From NCBI RefSeq assembly GCF_004010195.1, contig NC_057752.1, positions 4,229,626 to 4,293,625 of the forward strand: a stretch of DNA of 64,000 nucleotides. The letters run 5' to 3'. Made by a program: the position numbers and the translations under genes. Position 1 is the first letter of the stretch. Each line of letters opens with the position of its first letter. Below are positions 11,227-23,200 of this stretch, one piece after another. Origin of the DNA: Chiloscyllium plagiosum (lineage: Eukaryota). The notes under the pieces were generated by a model. The model ran no database searches and was not told the origin of the DNA. It was given only the letters and a program-made list of their open reading frames with translations.

Positions 11227-11941
11227 TGCAATGATTGTAATGAGGTCAGCTGGGTGGATATTATGGAATATGAGTTCCCTGATTGGGGCAGTTAATCTGA
11301 TCCCATCAGGGACCCCTGGCTGACAGATAAAAAACAGGAGTGTCAGGTCCAGGCAACGGGCCATGGAGGGTGTCATTAGGGCCGATTGCCTGCCCCTCTT
11401 CCATGGTTAGGTTCGAGCCTAGGTGTCCCTGGAGAAGGAGCATGTTGTGTCCACCTACACTCTTGAGCTGTTCAGGGATAGGAGGGCACTGCAGGGAGTG
11501 GAGTGCTTTATTTCCCCCTCCAACTCTATTTTGATCTAATCCCTGCCCTCCCTTTCACTTTTTGATCATGCAGCATTGTCCTTTGTCAGGAAGGGTATTG
11601 CTTGTCACTGGCCACTCTGGTGTTTCCTTTCTTCCTGGTGGTGGAATATAAATGAAGATTTACAAACTTTTTGTTCTTCACTGTGTCCTACACCTGCACA
11701 TATACAACATGGGTGCTAGGGAAAAATAAGCACTACCACTGTTAGGCGGTAGTCTGGGGGAACATTTAAAGAAAGAAAAAAAAACAGGGGTGTCAGGGTT
11801 CTGTTAAAAAAAAACAGGAGCGTTAGAGGTTCTGTTCACTCTAAGCGCTGGCTCTGAGGGAGCTGGACCAGTGTCAGCTACCATGCACATGTAAATAAAG
11901 GGTGACCTGCTGACAGGATACCGGCCTCTGGAGTTATTCCA
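11227..11941 (+). repeat. 3' LTR of Gypsy copy 1, interrupted by Tx1
   Basis: Purine-rich tract caggagcggga precedes tgcaatgattgtaatgagg; ends ggagttattcca; split at aaaacaggagtgtcag. Confidence 0.85.
11348..11780 (+). mobile_element. Tx1-clade LINE 3' fragment (family A) inside the LTR
   Basis: Homologous to 44101-44545 and 63410-64000; encodes a degenerate ORF2 end; 3' UTR and A-tail; flanked by aaaacaggagtgtcagg / aaaacaggggtgtcagg. Confidence 0.78.
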
Positions 11942-12991
11942 ATTTCCCTCTTCCACGTCCCTATAGCATTCTGCTTGGAAGCATTCCTATTGGAAGCTTG
12001 TGCTTGTCATGCTCAGTTGATGACAAGTGCAAGGCTTGCACCAACTAAGAGGGGGAATTGCTTGGTGACTGCTCTCTATGCTTGTTTAAAACTTATCTTT
12101 GATTTCTTTCTTTTGCTTTTGTAGTCCTCACTACTGAATGAACTGCTAGACCACTTCAGGGACCATTGAGAATTAACCACAGCAGATTAATACAAGAAAT
12201 AGGAGCATGTGTAGGCTATTAAGCCCTCTAAGTATGGCTAATCTATTTGTGGCCTTAGCTCCTTTTTCCAATCTGCAACTCATGACCCATGACTCCCTTG
12301 TTAATTAAAAATCTATGTAATCTATCTTTGAATATATTCAAAGACCCAGACTCTACTGGTCTTTGGAAAAGGAAGTTCCACAGACTAATGACCACCTAAG
12401 GGACAACAAATTCTTGGTCTGAAATAGGAGATCCATCATCTATAAACCATTTTCCCCTAGTTATGGAGGCAACATCCTCTCAGCATCTCCTTTGTCAATA
12501 TCTCTCAGGATCATACATGTTTCAATAAAACCACCTCTGCTTCTCATAAATTCCGTTGGGTCTCAACCAATTCAGCTTTCTTAAAAATACATCATCCTAG
12601 GTATCAGTCTAAACCGTTTCTAATGTAATTATATCCATTCTTAAGATAAACGACCAAAGCTCTACACTATTTCCTCTTGACAAATTCCTTTCTGACCTAT
12701 TTAAACGTCATTTGGTGCCCGACTAAAGTCAAATGTTTGCCTATGTACTCTTGACCCATTTCTATAAGACTTATACAAATGTACAGTAAATTGCTTGTGA
12801 ACTACTGAAATACTGAGAAAAAAATCTGACTGGATAGGTATATTTGGCCAATTTGATAAATTGCCCCATTTTAAAATAATCTGAGAAGTCAGTAGTTAAC
12901 ATTTACTAAAAGCCAGTTCTGCAATGATCTGTGGTCAGACTTATACATAGACTGCCTGAGCATATTTTGAAGAGCTGGCATTTATGTGGCA

Positions 12992-13363
12992 TCTTTGGTC
13001 TGCCTGAAATGTGTTGGTCTTACAGAGCAAGGAGTTGACTTGACTGAGTGTTGCAGTCTGATACAGACCAAGGTCAAGGACTACATGCCAAGGGATGCAC
13101 TAAAGCTTGGGGCATCTGCCACCAAGGCGCAGAGGGGAAAGCCCACCATCTAAGATTTTTCTGCCGAAGTTAAACAGGGGTTTATTCAGTTATCAGACCC
13201 TCCCAATGCCTGTAAATGTATGTAAATATAGTCTTGTATAAGTAAGAAATGCCTTGGGTTTCGTTCTCCATATTTAAAGACTGTACAGGATTAAACTGCT
13301 CTTGTGACTACATATGTATATAAAGTCTTTTATGAATAAATTATATTTTTGAAATTTAAAAAA
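12992..13363 (+). mobile_element. Tx1-clade LINE 3' fragment (family B)
   Basis: Degenerate translation ..TECCSLIQTKVKDYMPRDALKLGASATKAQRGKPTI* resembles a Tx1-type ORF2 C-terminus (from memory), followed by an AT-rich UTR, aataaa and an A-tail. Confidence 0.6.
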
Positions 13364-13730
13364 TCTTTCAAACTGATTGGCAAATTGAATGGAGATATGA
13401 TCCAATCTGGTATGGCCTGTGTGACAATCTGTGGTGCAGATCATCCCGTCCCATTCACAGAGTAACTTTTAATAATTTGACTGAACTGCACAAGCTGGTT
13501 TTCAACAAATTACTGGGGGGGGTGAAACCTGACATTGTTCTTCTCATTGATCTCATTCCAAATCAGGCAAACATCTCCACCCAACATAGCAATGACAGAG
13601 CTAGCCCTACCTTGAAATGTCTGAATACCAAACTACAGGAAATCTCAAAACAATCTCTTATCCATTTATGATCTCTGTGCCACGCAGGCCAACCTATTTA
13701 GTTGAAGGTTGTCACTTGCCCTGTTTTGCT

Positions 13731-14230
13731 TCAGCTGGAGTATTGTGTCCATCTCTGGTATTCATGCTTTAGAAAGGAGGTGAAGACTTCAGCGAGGGTA
13801 CAAGAAAGATTTATGAGTGTGTTCTGGAGATGAGGGAATTCAGCTACATGGATAGATTGGAGACGCTGGGGCTTTTCTCTCCTTAGGAAAGTGAAGATTA
13901 AGGAGAAAGATTTATAGAACTGTTCAAAGTAATGAAGGGAGGATCTGGACAGAGTAGATAAGGAGAAACTGTTCTCATTGTGGAAGCATCCAAAACCAGA
14001 GGACACTGATTTAAGAAATAGCAGAGGTTTTCAGCATCCACAGTATTTTGTGTTTCTGAAATGGACTTAAGATGGACAAAAGAAGCAACAGCAATATGAG
14101 GAAAATACTGCATGGTTAGGGTCTAGAGTTCACTGCCTGAGTGTCTGATGGAGGCACAATCAATGGAAGCATTCAAAAGCATGAACAAGATTAGTCTCTT
14201 TCTTTGCTGTAATCATACTAAGATTATTGG
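13731..14230 (+). mobile_element. Old CR1 LINE 3' fragment
   Basis: cagctggagtattgtgtccatctctgg (LEYCV..W) through a degenerate 3' tail. Confidence 0.7.
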
Positions 14231-14291
14231 ATTTTATAAGTACCACTCCAGAGCCTTGAGCGCTGTCATTTAGGCTGCGTTTCAGTTGAAC

Positions 14292-15135
14292 AGATAGACG
14301 AGGAGTGGCAGATGGAGTTTAATTTAGATAAATGTGAAGTGCTGCATTTGGGAAAGGCCAGTCAAGGCAGGTCTTATACACATAATGGTAAGGTCCTGTG
14401 GGGTGTTGCTGGACAAAGAGACCTTGGAATGCAGGTTGATAGTTTCTTGAAAGTGGAGTTGCAGGTAGATAAGATAGTGAAGAAGGCATTTGATAAGCTT
14501 GCCTTTATTGGTCAGTGCACTGAGTGTAGGGGTTGGGAGGTAATGTTGCAGCTGTACAGGACATTGGTTAGGCCACCTTTGGAATACTGCGTTCAGTTCT
14601 GGTCTCTCTGTTACAGAAAGGATGTTGTGAAACTTAAAAGCATTCTGAAAAGATTTACAAGCGTGTTTCCAGGGTTGGAGTGTTTGAGCTATAGGGAGAG
14701 GCTGAATAGGCTGGGGCTGTTTCTCCTGGAGCGTCGGAAGCTGAGGGTGACCTTATAGAGGTTTATAAAATCATGATGGGCATGGATAGGGTAAATAATC
14801 AAGGTCTTTTTCCCAGGGTAGGGGAGTCCAAAGCTAGAGGGCATAGATTTATGGTGAGGGGGGGGGGGGGGGGGGAAATATAAAAGGGACCTAAGGGGCA
14901 ACGTTTTCACATAGAGGGTGGTGCGTGTATGGAATGAGCTGCCAGAGGAAGTGGTGGAGGCTGGTACAATTACAACATTTAAAAGGCATCTGGATGGGTA
15001 TATGAATAGGAAGGGTTTAGAGGCATATGGGCCAAGTGCTGGCAAACGGGACTAGATTAAATTAGGATATCTGGCCAGCATGGATGAGTTGACCGAAGGG
15101 TCTGTTTCTGTACTGTGTAGCCCTATGGCTCTGTG
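14292..15135 (+). mobile_element. CR1 LINE 3' fragment
   Basis: ORF 14312-14758 MEFNLDKCEVLH..RDLG..LYRTLVRPPLEYCVQFWS; tail matches 1-467; contains a G-run at ~14858-14875. Confidence 0.9.
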
Positions 15136-16696
15136 ACTTTGTCTGGCGACCTCCATAGGCTGCCAGATTCAGCACAATTAGTATCTGAATATGTGTACAT
15201 TCTTGCAATTCATTGTGCTACCCATTGGTGCCAGCAAGATGATGTTGACCTCACTCCAGTGGCCTCCTTCCTCACATGAAGACAGGGCAGTGGCAATAGG
15301 TACCCAACCAGAGGAGGAACCAGATATGGACCCCTAGAGGCTCCTCTTAAGGCATTCCATAGGAGACTGAGCCATCCACCTCGATCCTTGCTGCTGCCTA
15401 TACTCCTATGGGAGTTGATGCCAAGGAGGTCACACCTATCTCTGAGTAGGAGGCACTCAGCATGTCTGGGTCCTCTACCCACAGACGCTGGGGTCACCTG
15501 ACAAAACCTCCAAGGCCGATGGGCTCCACTCTAGGGCAGGCTCCCTCCACCCCAACTGAGGACCCCAGGACTGCAGCGAGGTATAGTGGGAGGGAAAGCA
15601 AGAAGGACAGTAAATAGGTAGTTCAGGTCACACATCACTATAAATATGTTCACTTTTCTTCATCGGCTGTGTGACTAAATGTCTGCGTATCTGCAGCTAC
15701 AAATTTGAAGGTACTGAGCCTAGCCATCCTTATTGCTACACAATATTCTGACTGATCTGTGTACAGGATCTGACTGACTTCTTGTGACTTCCAGGGCTGG
15801 TTACACTGGACTCACAGGGCTGACCAAGGCCCACTCCTCAGACTGTAGAGGTGCAGAACCCCTAGCTCTGACTACCCCAAGCAGCCACATGGCTGTGCTC
15901 AACCCACAGAATGGTTTTGGACAATGCCCTTGGATTACTGTGTTGGGACCCCTGACTGAGGGGTATCGTCCTTAACTTGACTGAGGACTACTCCCCTTAG
16001 ACATGGCCATTTGATTGCAACATATGCAGTGTGTCTCATGGCAAACGGAGTAAGTGAGAGATTGATATAGCTCGATGCTCTACAGTAACATGTCACTTCC
16101 TTTATTGATGACTGCTGACAACCATGATAGGCTGTTTGGCTTTTTATCTGCACTAAAAGACATGTTGAGACAGAAGTACTGTGAGCCTTTAAGGTGCTGT
16201 GAGCATTGAAAACGTTGCAAAGTTAGCGAGTACTAAGAGAGCAAGTGAGGACCCCTGGGATGCCCCCAGGTTGAATCTATAAAATAGGTCCTCATACCTT
16301 GCAGCAGCATTCCAATGATAGGTGATGCAGCACTCCAAAGTGTAACATGGAAGTGCAGAACTACCTTGCAAATGTGGAGATGTTCCATGAGGGTGCAGTG
16401 AAGCCAGCATCTGTCAAATGCCACTATTCATGAACGGTGAGTGTGCGTGATTGTTGCCCTTGGAGTGTGCCCTGGGATGTTGGTGACTGTCATAGGTCCA
16501 AAGGAGCAAGCAGCAAGCTGTAGTTGCCAGGTAGCTGACTTCTGTCTCTGGAATTGTTGGCGTCTCGACTGTATCTGGTGGATAAGAGGAGGGAAACTGC
16601 ATATAAATGAGGTGAGATTAACTAATAATGTGATATTAACAGATAGAAATAGGATTCTTGCTGCTCACTACTGGTGGTGAACTGCTTTCTTCAATT

Positions 16697-18005
16697 AGGT
16701 AAAAACAATGACTGCAGATGTTGGAAACCAGATTTTGGATTAGTGGTGCTGGAAGAGCACAGTAGTTCAGGCAGCATCTGAGGAGCAGCAAAATCGACAT
16801 TTCGGGCAAAAGCCCTTCATTAGGAATAAAGGCAGAGAGCCTGAAGCGTGGAGAGATAAGCTAGAGGAGGGGGGGGGTGGGGAGAAAGTAGCATGGAGTA
16901 CNNNNNNNNNNNNNNNNNNNNNNNNNNNNNNNNNNNNNNNNNNNNNNNNNNNNNNNNNNNNNNNNNNNNNNNNNNNNNNNNNNNNNNNNNNNNNNNNNNN
17001 NNNNNNNNNNNNNNNNNNNNNNNNNNNNNNNNNNNNNNNNNNNNNNNNNNNNNNNNNNNNNNNNNNNNNNNNNNNNNNNNNNNNNNNNNNNNNNNNNNNN
17101 NNNNNNNNNNNNNNNNNNNNNNNNNNNNNNNNNNNNNNNNNNNNNNNNNNNNNNNNNNNNNNNNNNNNNNNNNNNNNNNNNNNNNNNNNNNNNNNNNNNN
17201 NNNNNNNNNNNNNNNNNNNNNNNNNNNNNNNNNNNNNNNNNNNNNNNNNNNNNNNNNNNNNNNNNNNNNNNNNNNNNNNNNNNNNNNNNNNNNNNNNNNN
17301 NNNNNNNNNNNNNNNNNNNNNNNNNNNNNNNNNNNNNNNNNNNNNNNNNNNNNNNNNNNNNNNNNNNNNNNNNNNNNNNNNNNNNNNNNNNNNNNNNNNN
17401 NNNNNNNNNNNNNNNNNNNNNNTCCTTGTTACGGTTGGAGGGGTGGGGTCTGAGGGCGGAGGTGCGGGATGTGGACGAGATGCATTGGAGGGCATCTTTA
17501 ACCACGTGGGAAGGGAAATTGCGGTCTCTAAAGAAGGAGGCCATCTGGTGTGTTCTGTGGTGGAACTTGTCCTCCTGGGAGCAGATCCCGCGGAGGCGGA
17601 GGAATTGGGAATACGGGATGGCATTTTTGCAAGAGGTAGGGTGGGAAGAGGTGTAATCCAGGTAGCTGTGGGAGTCGGTGGGTTTGTAAAAAATGTCAGT
17701 GTGAAGTCGGTGGTCATTAATGGAGATGGAGAGGTCCAGGAAGGGGAGGGAGATGTCAGAGATGGTCCAGGTAAATTTAAGGTCAGGGTGGAATGTGTTG
17801 GTGAAGTTGATGAATTGCTCAACCTCCTCGCGGGAGCACGAGGTGGCGCCAATGCAGTCATCAATATAGCGGAGGAAGAGGTGGGGAGTGGTGCCGATGT
17901 AATTACGGAAGATCGACTGTTCTATGTAGCCAACAAAGAGACAGGCATAGCTGGTGCCCATACGTGTGCCCATGGCTACCCCTTTGATCTGGAGGAAGTG
18001 GGAGG
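16697..18005 (-). mobile_element. Penelope-like element: RT core plus terminal repeat (spans the N-gap 16902-17422)
   Basis: HFLQIKGVAMGTRMG..YACLFVGY..FLRYIDD..LPFLDL..FYKPTDSHSYLDYTSSHP..KNAIPYSQFLRLR is the PLE RT and thumb signature; terminal repeat 16697-16901 belongs to the hairpin family above. Confidence 0.9.
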
Positions 18006-19931
18006 ATTGCTGTAGTCCATGTGTTGTCAGTACACCCACAGGTCAGGTAGGGAGTTCCAGGATTTTGACCGAATGATGGGGAAAAACACAAAATGAGCCT
18101 GCAGTTTGAGACATAATCCGCAGAGAGTGGCTTGAACATGGGGTCATCAGCCCTTTATTACCTTTGTAACCACAAGAGATCACAATCCAGTCTGCTTTGA
18201 CTTGCCTCTTCCCCCTTCGAAGGGTTGTTGTTTGACGTTCTCTTCACATGGTGTGACATTCCGTGTGGCTTTTTCATCAGAAAACCAGTTAATTTAAACA
18301 AGCAGCCATTATTGGCTGTATCAGCCTCTTAAAAAGAACACATTGGAATTACAAGTTAAAAATGGCCCTAGTACTTTGGAGTTTTGACCTGTGGTCATGA
18401 CACTGGAAAGAATTGGCTAAAAGGAATCTTGTAGAGGTTTTTCAAGTTTGTATGTTGTTCAATATTAGTTGGATATGGGGGAAAAAAAAACTCCAGTTGC
18501 AAATAAATCCAGAACAAGGACACATAAATATTCAATAGTCAAAAGCTGACAAAAATAAAGGATTTTAGAAGGAATTTATTCATGGAGAGTGGTGAAAATG
18601 TGGATCTCATTGCTATGTGGAGATGGATTTAAGGGGACGTATGGAAGAAAGGAATAGAGTTACAAGTGCAGGATAGGAAGAAGCTTGTATGTGGTATAAA
18701 CACTTATTTTAGGACCTTTCATACCTTCTCTTATCCTATTACTTCTACCTTAAGATAGTTGCTTTTGTTCAGAATTGAATTTATTCCTCCTACCTCAGAA
18801 CAAGTTTGAAGGATTATCTAATTAAAATGTATCTGGGTCATGCAACTTTTGCATTACCTTAAAACTTACCCAACCAGTTTTATGTTCTTTCTTATAATTG
18901 CAACACATTTGTATTGAAGTAAATTACTGATGTTGTCAAGTATCCAAGAAGATTAATTACTCACCTTTAGGCCTTACTTGCCCATGGAATTGTCTAATGC
19001 AAATATTAGTGGATGAGCATGCAACACATTCATATGGAATTCTTTCATCTTTTATTTTAATGGCTGAGATAGGCCATTTGAATGCATCAGGAAAATGCCT
19101 CTTTTGAAATAATGAACAAGGAAATTATTAGTTATGTCTGTGTGCGGATCACCGTGTTGCTCCTTCTGACTCCATCTTAAAATCCCTCAAAAAACTATAT
19201 TCAACTTTTTATTGATGCCTTCTCCCTAGGCTGCACCCATGCTAGCTCTATTTAAGACAGCCCAATTGCCTGAAGGGGTCCTAAAGTGGATGTTACACCA
19301 CTTGTTTACAAGGGCAAGGGGCCTGTTCCAATCCAGTAAGCCAGGTAGTGAAAGGTAGAACTGGAGTTAATCTTAACACATTTTTATAAACTCCTACTTG
19401 CAGGAATAAAAATGCAGCTCCTCACTTATCCACTCAGTTTAAGTCTATTATTTATAGGAGTACATGTAAATATCCAGGTCATGTCCACCAACTTCAAGTA
19501 CATAAACACAATCATACAATTAACAGCACCTAGCCCTGTAACTTTCCTAAGTGTCTTCTTGGCCTTGGATATTTTACAGACAGATTTAGTACAGCAAAAC
19601 TCGTCATGTTTGCCACCATTTTCTATCTACTTAACAATGATGACCAATTTGCATTATATACTCTGCCCCACGAGGCGAGTGTCTTGGAATATATTGATTT
19701 TGTTTTTTCTCAGGGTGACAAAAGAAATCAGTTCATGTGTTATGGCAGGCAACTTGTTCCCAGCAAAGTCATGCATGGCAAATATTTCTAATTATAACTG
19801 TGGAATGTGTCCATTATGCATTCAGCCAAGCCTTCAGTGTGCTGGTGGCATAACGACATTCCACACAACTCCCTGAAGAACGGATCTTCCTGACAAACGT
19901 GCAGTACAACTTGAAGCAGGTTATCATTATA

Positions 19932-19937
19932 TATAAA
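19932..19937 (+). promoter_or_regulatory. TATA box of keratin gene 1
   Basis: TATAAA(GGG) 94 bp upstream of the ATG at 20026, consistent with a short 5' UTR. Confidence 0.7.
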
Positions 19938-20025
19938 GGGCACTCAGACTAGTCGATCCTAACCAGATTTTGGCAAACTTTGATTCAGAAGGGTTCCAGC
20001 TGACTATCAGCAAAAAAAAGCCGAA

Positions 20026-20283
20026 ATGAGATCAATGAAGAAAACAGAGTTCTCTAGTAGCAGTGGAGGCAGCTCCCAGATTAGAAGAATCGATTTAGGA
20101 GGTGCTGTGAACACAGTCACATCCATCAGAAAGAGTACTACTGAGCAGTTTGTTTCTCCATCTTACAGAAGCACCTCCACTACTTTCAAGCAGGAGCTGG
20201 ATCCTGTCTTGCAGGCGACTCGACGAGATGAGAAAAATCAGATCCAGTTGCTCAATGACAAGTTTGCAAGCTTCATTAGCAAG
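20026..20283 (+). CDS. Keratin 1 exon 1 (head, start of coil 1A)
   Basis: [35 protein letters not shown]; donor aag|gtaact. Confidence 0.93.
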
Positions 20284-23200
20284 GTAACTGAATAAAATAA
20301 CTTCTGTCAGTGCTGCATAGAAGATGTTTTGGATTTATTCTCCGCATTAGAATAAAGATTGAGGGGAAGTTTCTGTCATTTTGTTTACTTGTTTTGAATT
20401 TGATAAATGTACAGAACGGCCTTCTGCTTGTTGCTTTTAGTTTGGATGCTGCATGTTCTCTTTACCCTCCCTGTACTTTTGAACTCTTCCAGGTCCGTAA
20501 CCTTGAGCAAGAAAATAAAATGTTGGAGACCAAATGGTCCCTCTTGCAACGTCAGGGAGATTACAGTTCCAACAATGAGGACCTTTACAAAGCATATGTC
20601 AATGCCCTCACCCGACAGCTGGAAAGTTTTAAACAGGACAAGATACGCTTGGATAGCGAACTGCAGCAAATGCACGGCACAGTGAATGGGCTCAAGGTCC
20701 AGTATGTATCAAATCAACTTCTGTTCTTTTAAGTTCTTATTAAAAAGCTGATGTAAGCATCGGCATCAAAGAAGTTTTCAGAAGTTCATGATCGGGCCCA
20801 TTATGTCACACAGTCTCTTTCTCTATCTCCCTCTCCTCAATGCCTTTTTTCCCACTCCCCCAGTAACTTGTTTTTCCAAGACCAGTGGTTGGTGAGGCCA
20901 ACTGCACGGACTCACCCGGTCTGTAAAGGCAAAGGAATGGGCTTGGGAACTCTCAAAGCCACTCTCTGAGAGGCACAGCTCAATTGCTTCAATAGAGTCT
21001 GCTCCTGCTGAACTGAAGGTATAACTTGATGTTTGCATCGAGTTAAAGGGATATTGGTTTAACTAGTTTTGTTGAGCGGGGTGTGGGAGCACTGTTCTAA
21101 TTTAGGGTTTCAACTATAAGTCTGACAGAGTACCTGCACTTCCACTTTAAAAATACCAAAAATAATTTTAAATTTCAGCTTGCTCCACTTCGTCAAGCAA
21201 TTGTTCCAGTTAAGGAAAAGAATTGGTCAATATAAAATTTGAACTTTTCTTCTGTACTAAATATTTATTGGACAGACAACTCCACTGTTTAACAAACTAA
21301 ACTTGAGAAGCAGCAAAATTGCTTAATGCTGCAACAAAGAAACTTTCAACATGCACACCTCTTTCTCTCATTGTTTCCCAGAAGAGAATGAATTAACTAT
21401 ATGTTGTGATTTTTGCCCTGCCTTGTTAGTTTAAACACTAGGCTAAGTGCCTTCGATGTTTCTTAACTGTGGGGAATATTTGTTTTTATGCAGTCAAATT
21501 TAAATAAAAACTGGACCTGTGGTGGGTCAGAAACATTGAAACATTCCCAAGGGAACTGTTGTACAAGGTTGTATAACAACTATAAAAACAAGCTCAACTA
21601 CTTTAGTTTCCTCCCTGCTTAGTACACGCAGGAGTGACAAACATTGTAACTATTTACTGGTTTAAAGCTAAACCTTTCAACTGCTTCCAATTCCAGGAAT
21701 TTCTTGATGTTGAGGTGCCATGCTGAGGGAGTCCTACATTGTTAGAGGTGCTGATTTAAGACATTAAACCAAATACCCATTTACCCTCTAAGATGGATTA
21801 ATAGATCTCAAAATACCATTCATGCTCAGTAGGAAGCATCATTTAAAACTATAAATAACAAGAAAAGGTAAATATGGAATATTAATTTATTTAAAATTGG
21901 GTGAATAGGACAACAGAGCATGATTTCAAGATGATAAAGATAAGTTTAGAACCAACAACAGAAAATTCTGTTCACAAAGTGGTCAGTATATGAATGTAAC
22001 TCCAGGGGCTATAATTTCATGATGCAATGACAAATGCTGTAATCAGAGCCAGTGTGCTGAAAGCACAAGATATGACTAATTATTGGGGGATAAAACACTG
22101 ATTTATCCTGTCTGTGGAGATCCATTTTCCTACATTTTCTGAAGAAAGCATCCCCACCATTGTATGGTGGCACAGAATGTCTATTCACCCAAGAGCTGTA
22201 GCTGTTAGACATTGAAACAAAGGAAGATTTGGAGCACAGAAGGAGACCAATCAGCATAAGTCTGTACATTCCAGTATTGATGCCACTGTGTGGAGACTGA
22301 GCACCTCCCATACTGTCTGACCAAATGAGTTGCCAGCAGTTCACCATCTCCTACTCTAAATCATTCTTTACCAAACCAAAATCCATTCTTTGAGACAAAA
22401 CAGAGTAGCTTCTTCCTTCCCTAAGTCTTCCGTCCTCATCCAATTGCAAGATTTTAAAAACCAAGGTTCTTATCATCTGACGACTGCATCCTTAAATGTC
22501 TTTGCTTCTGTCTTACAATGGTCAAACTTGCTGGTTTTCTGACACGAGTGATTAAAGAATTATGTCTTCAGTCTGGATATAGTCATGTTATGTGTAATAT
22601 TCACACATTTTAAGATAATTAATGTTACTTTTTCTAAAAAGATATGAAGACGAACTGAATAATCGTGCAGGAATGGAAAATGATTTTGTTACCTTGAAGA
22701 AGGTATGTTTCAATGGCATTTTGTTATTGAATAATTGTCCCATACACTGCCATAGTAGCATTAAATATAAATTGTTTGTTCTTATTTAGAGCGTTGATGA
22801 TTCATACCTGACAAAACATCAACTTGGTGATAAACTGGATGGGCTTGTTAGCGAACTTGACTTCCTGAGACAGGTCTATGATGAGGTAAAATTATATTAG
22901 AATATTTTGCTTGTACAATGTAACAGAACGGTGTTAAACTGTAGACAGAAACTATGTGGGCCTTCTGAAGATAGGTATTCCCTCCCCGTTAATACATTAA
23001 AAATGTTCTTTTTCAAAAACTTTTCAACTTTTCTTTCTTTTTTAGCAGCTGAACGGTCCAGGGTTTGAGATAAAATTTCAAACATAGTAATTTGATTAAA
23101 TCTTTCCTGTGAAATTATTTCTTGTGGATTTGAATACCTTGATTAATGGCTTTTACTTTGAGGCCTCAGCCTCTTTCAGAAACTTGGGCTGAGATATTTT

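Larger units (their letters stand above)
1884..11941 (+). mobile_element. Decayed Ty3/Gypsy LTR retrotransposon (copy 1) with nested insertions
   Basis: TG...CA LTRs at 1884-2118 and 11227-11941; PBS-like gtggcaatgag after the 5' LTR; gag start 2202 (MSLFGKLDSFDP..WAQYVERM) resuming at 6855; protease-like D-T-S ~7710; RT (WAAPVIPIVKHDGSVRLCGDFK, ~8205); ELRSFLGLANYY (~8970) followed by RNase H; integrase core (NGPSFTSREF..TAPYHPSSNGLAERTVQTLK, 10061-10294). PR-RT-RH-IN order indicates Gypsy. Many stops and frameshifts. Confidence 0.92.

Noticed and set aside
15150..16690. Possible decayed DNA transposon or coding exons in a GC-richer stretch
   Set aside because: I could not identify a motif, terminal repeat or splice pattern to support a call.
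19412..19876. 154-aa ORF upstream of the keratin
   Set aside because: No recognisable domain; lies in the AT-rich promoter region; probably chance.
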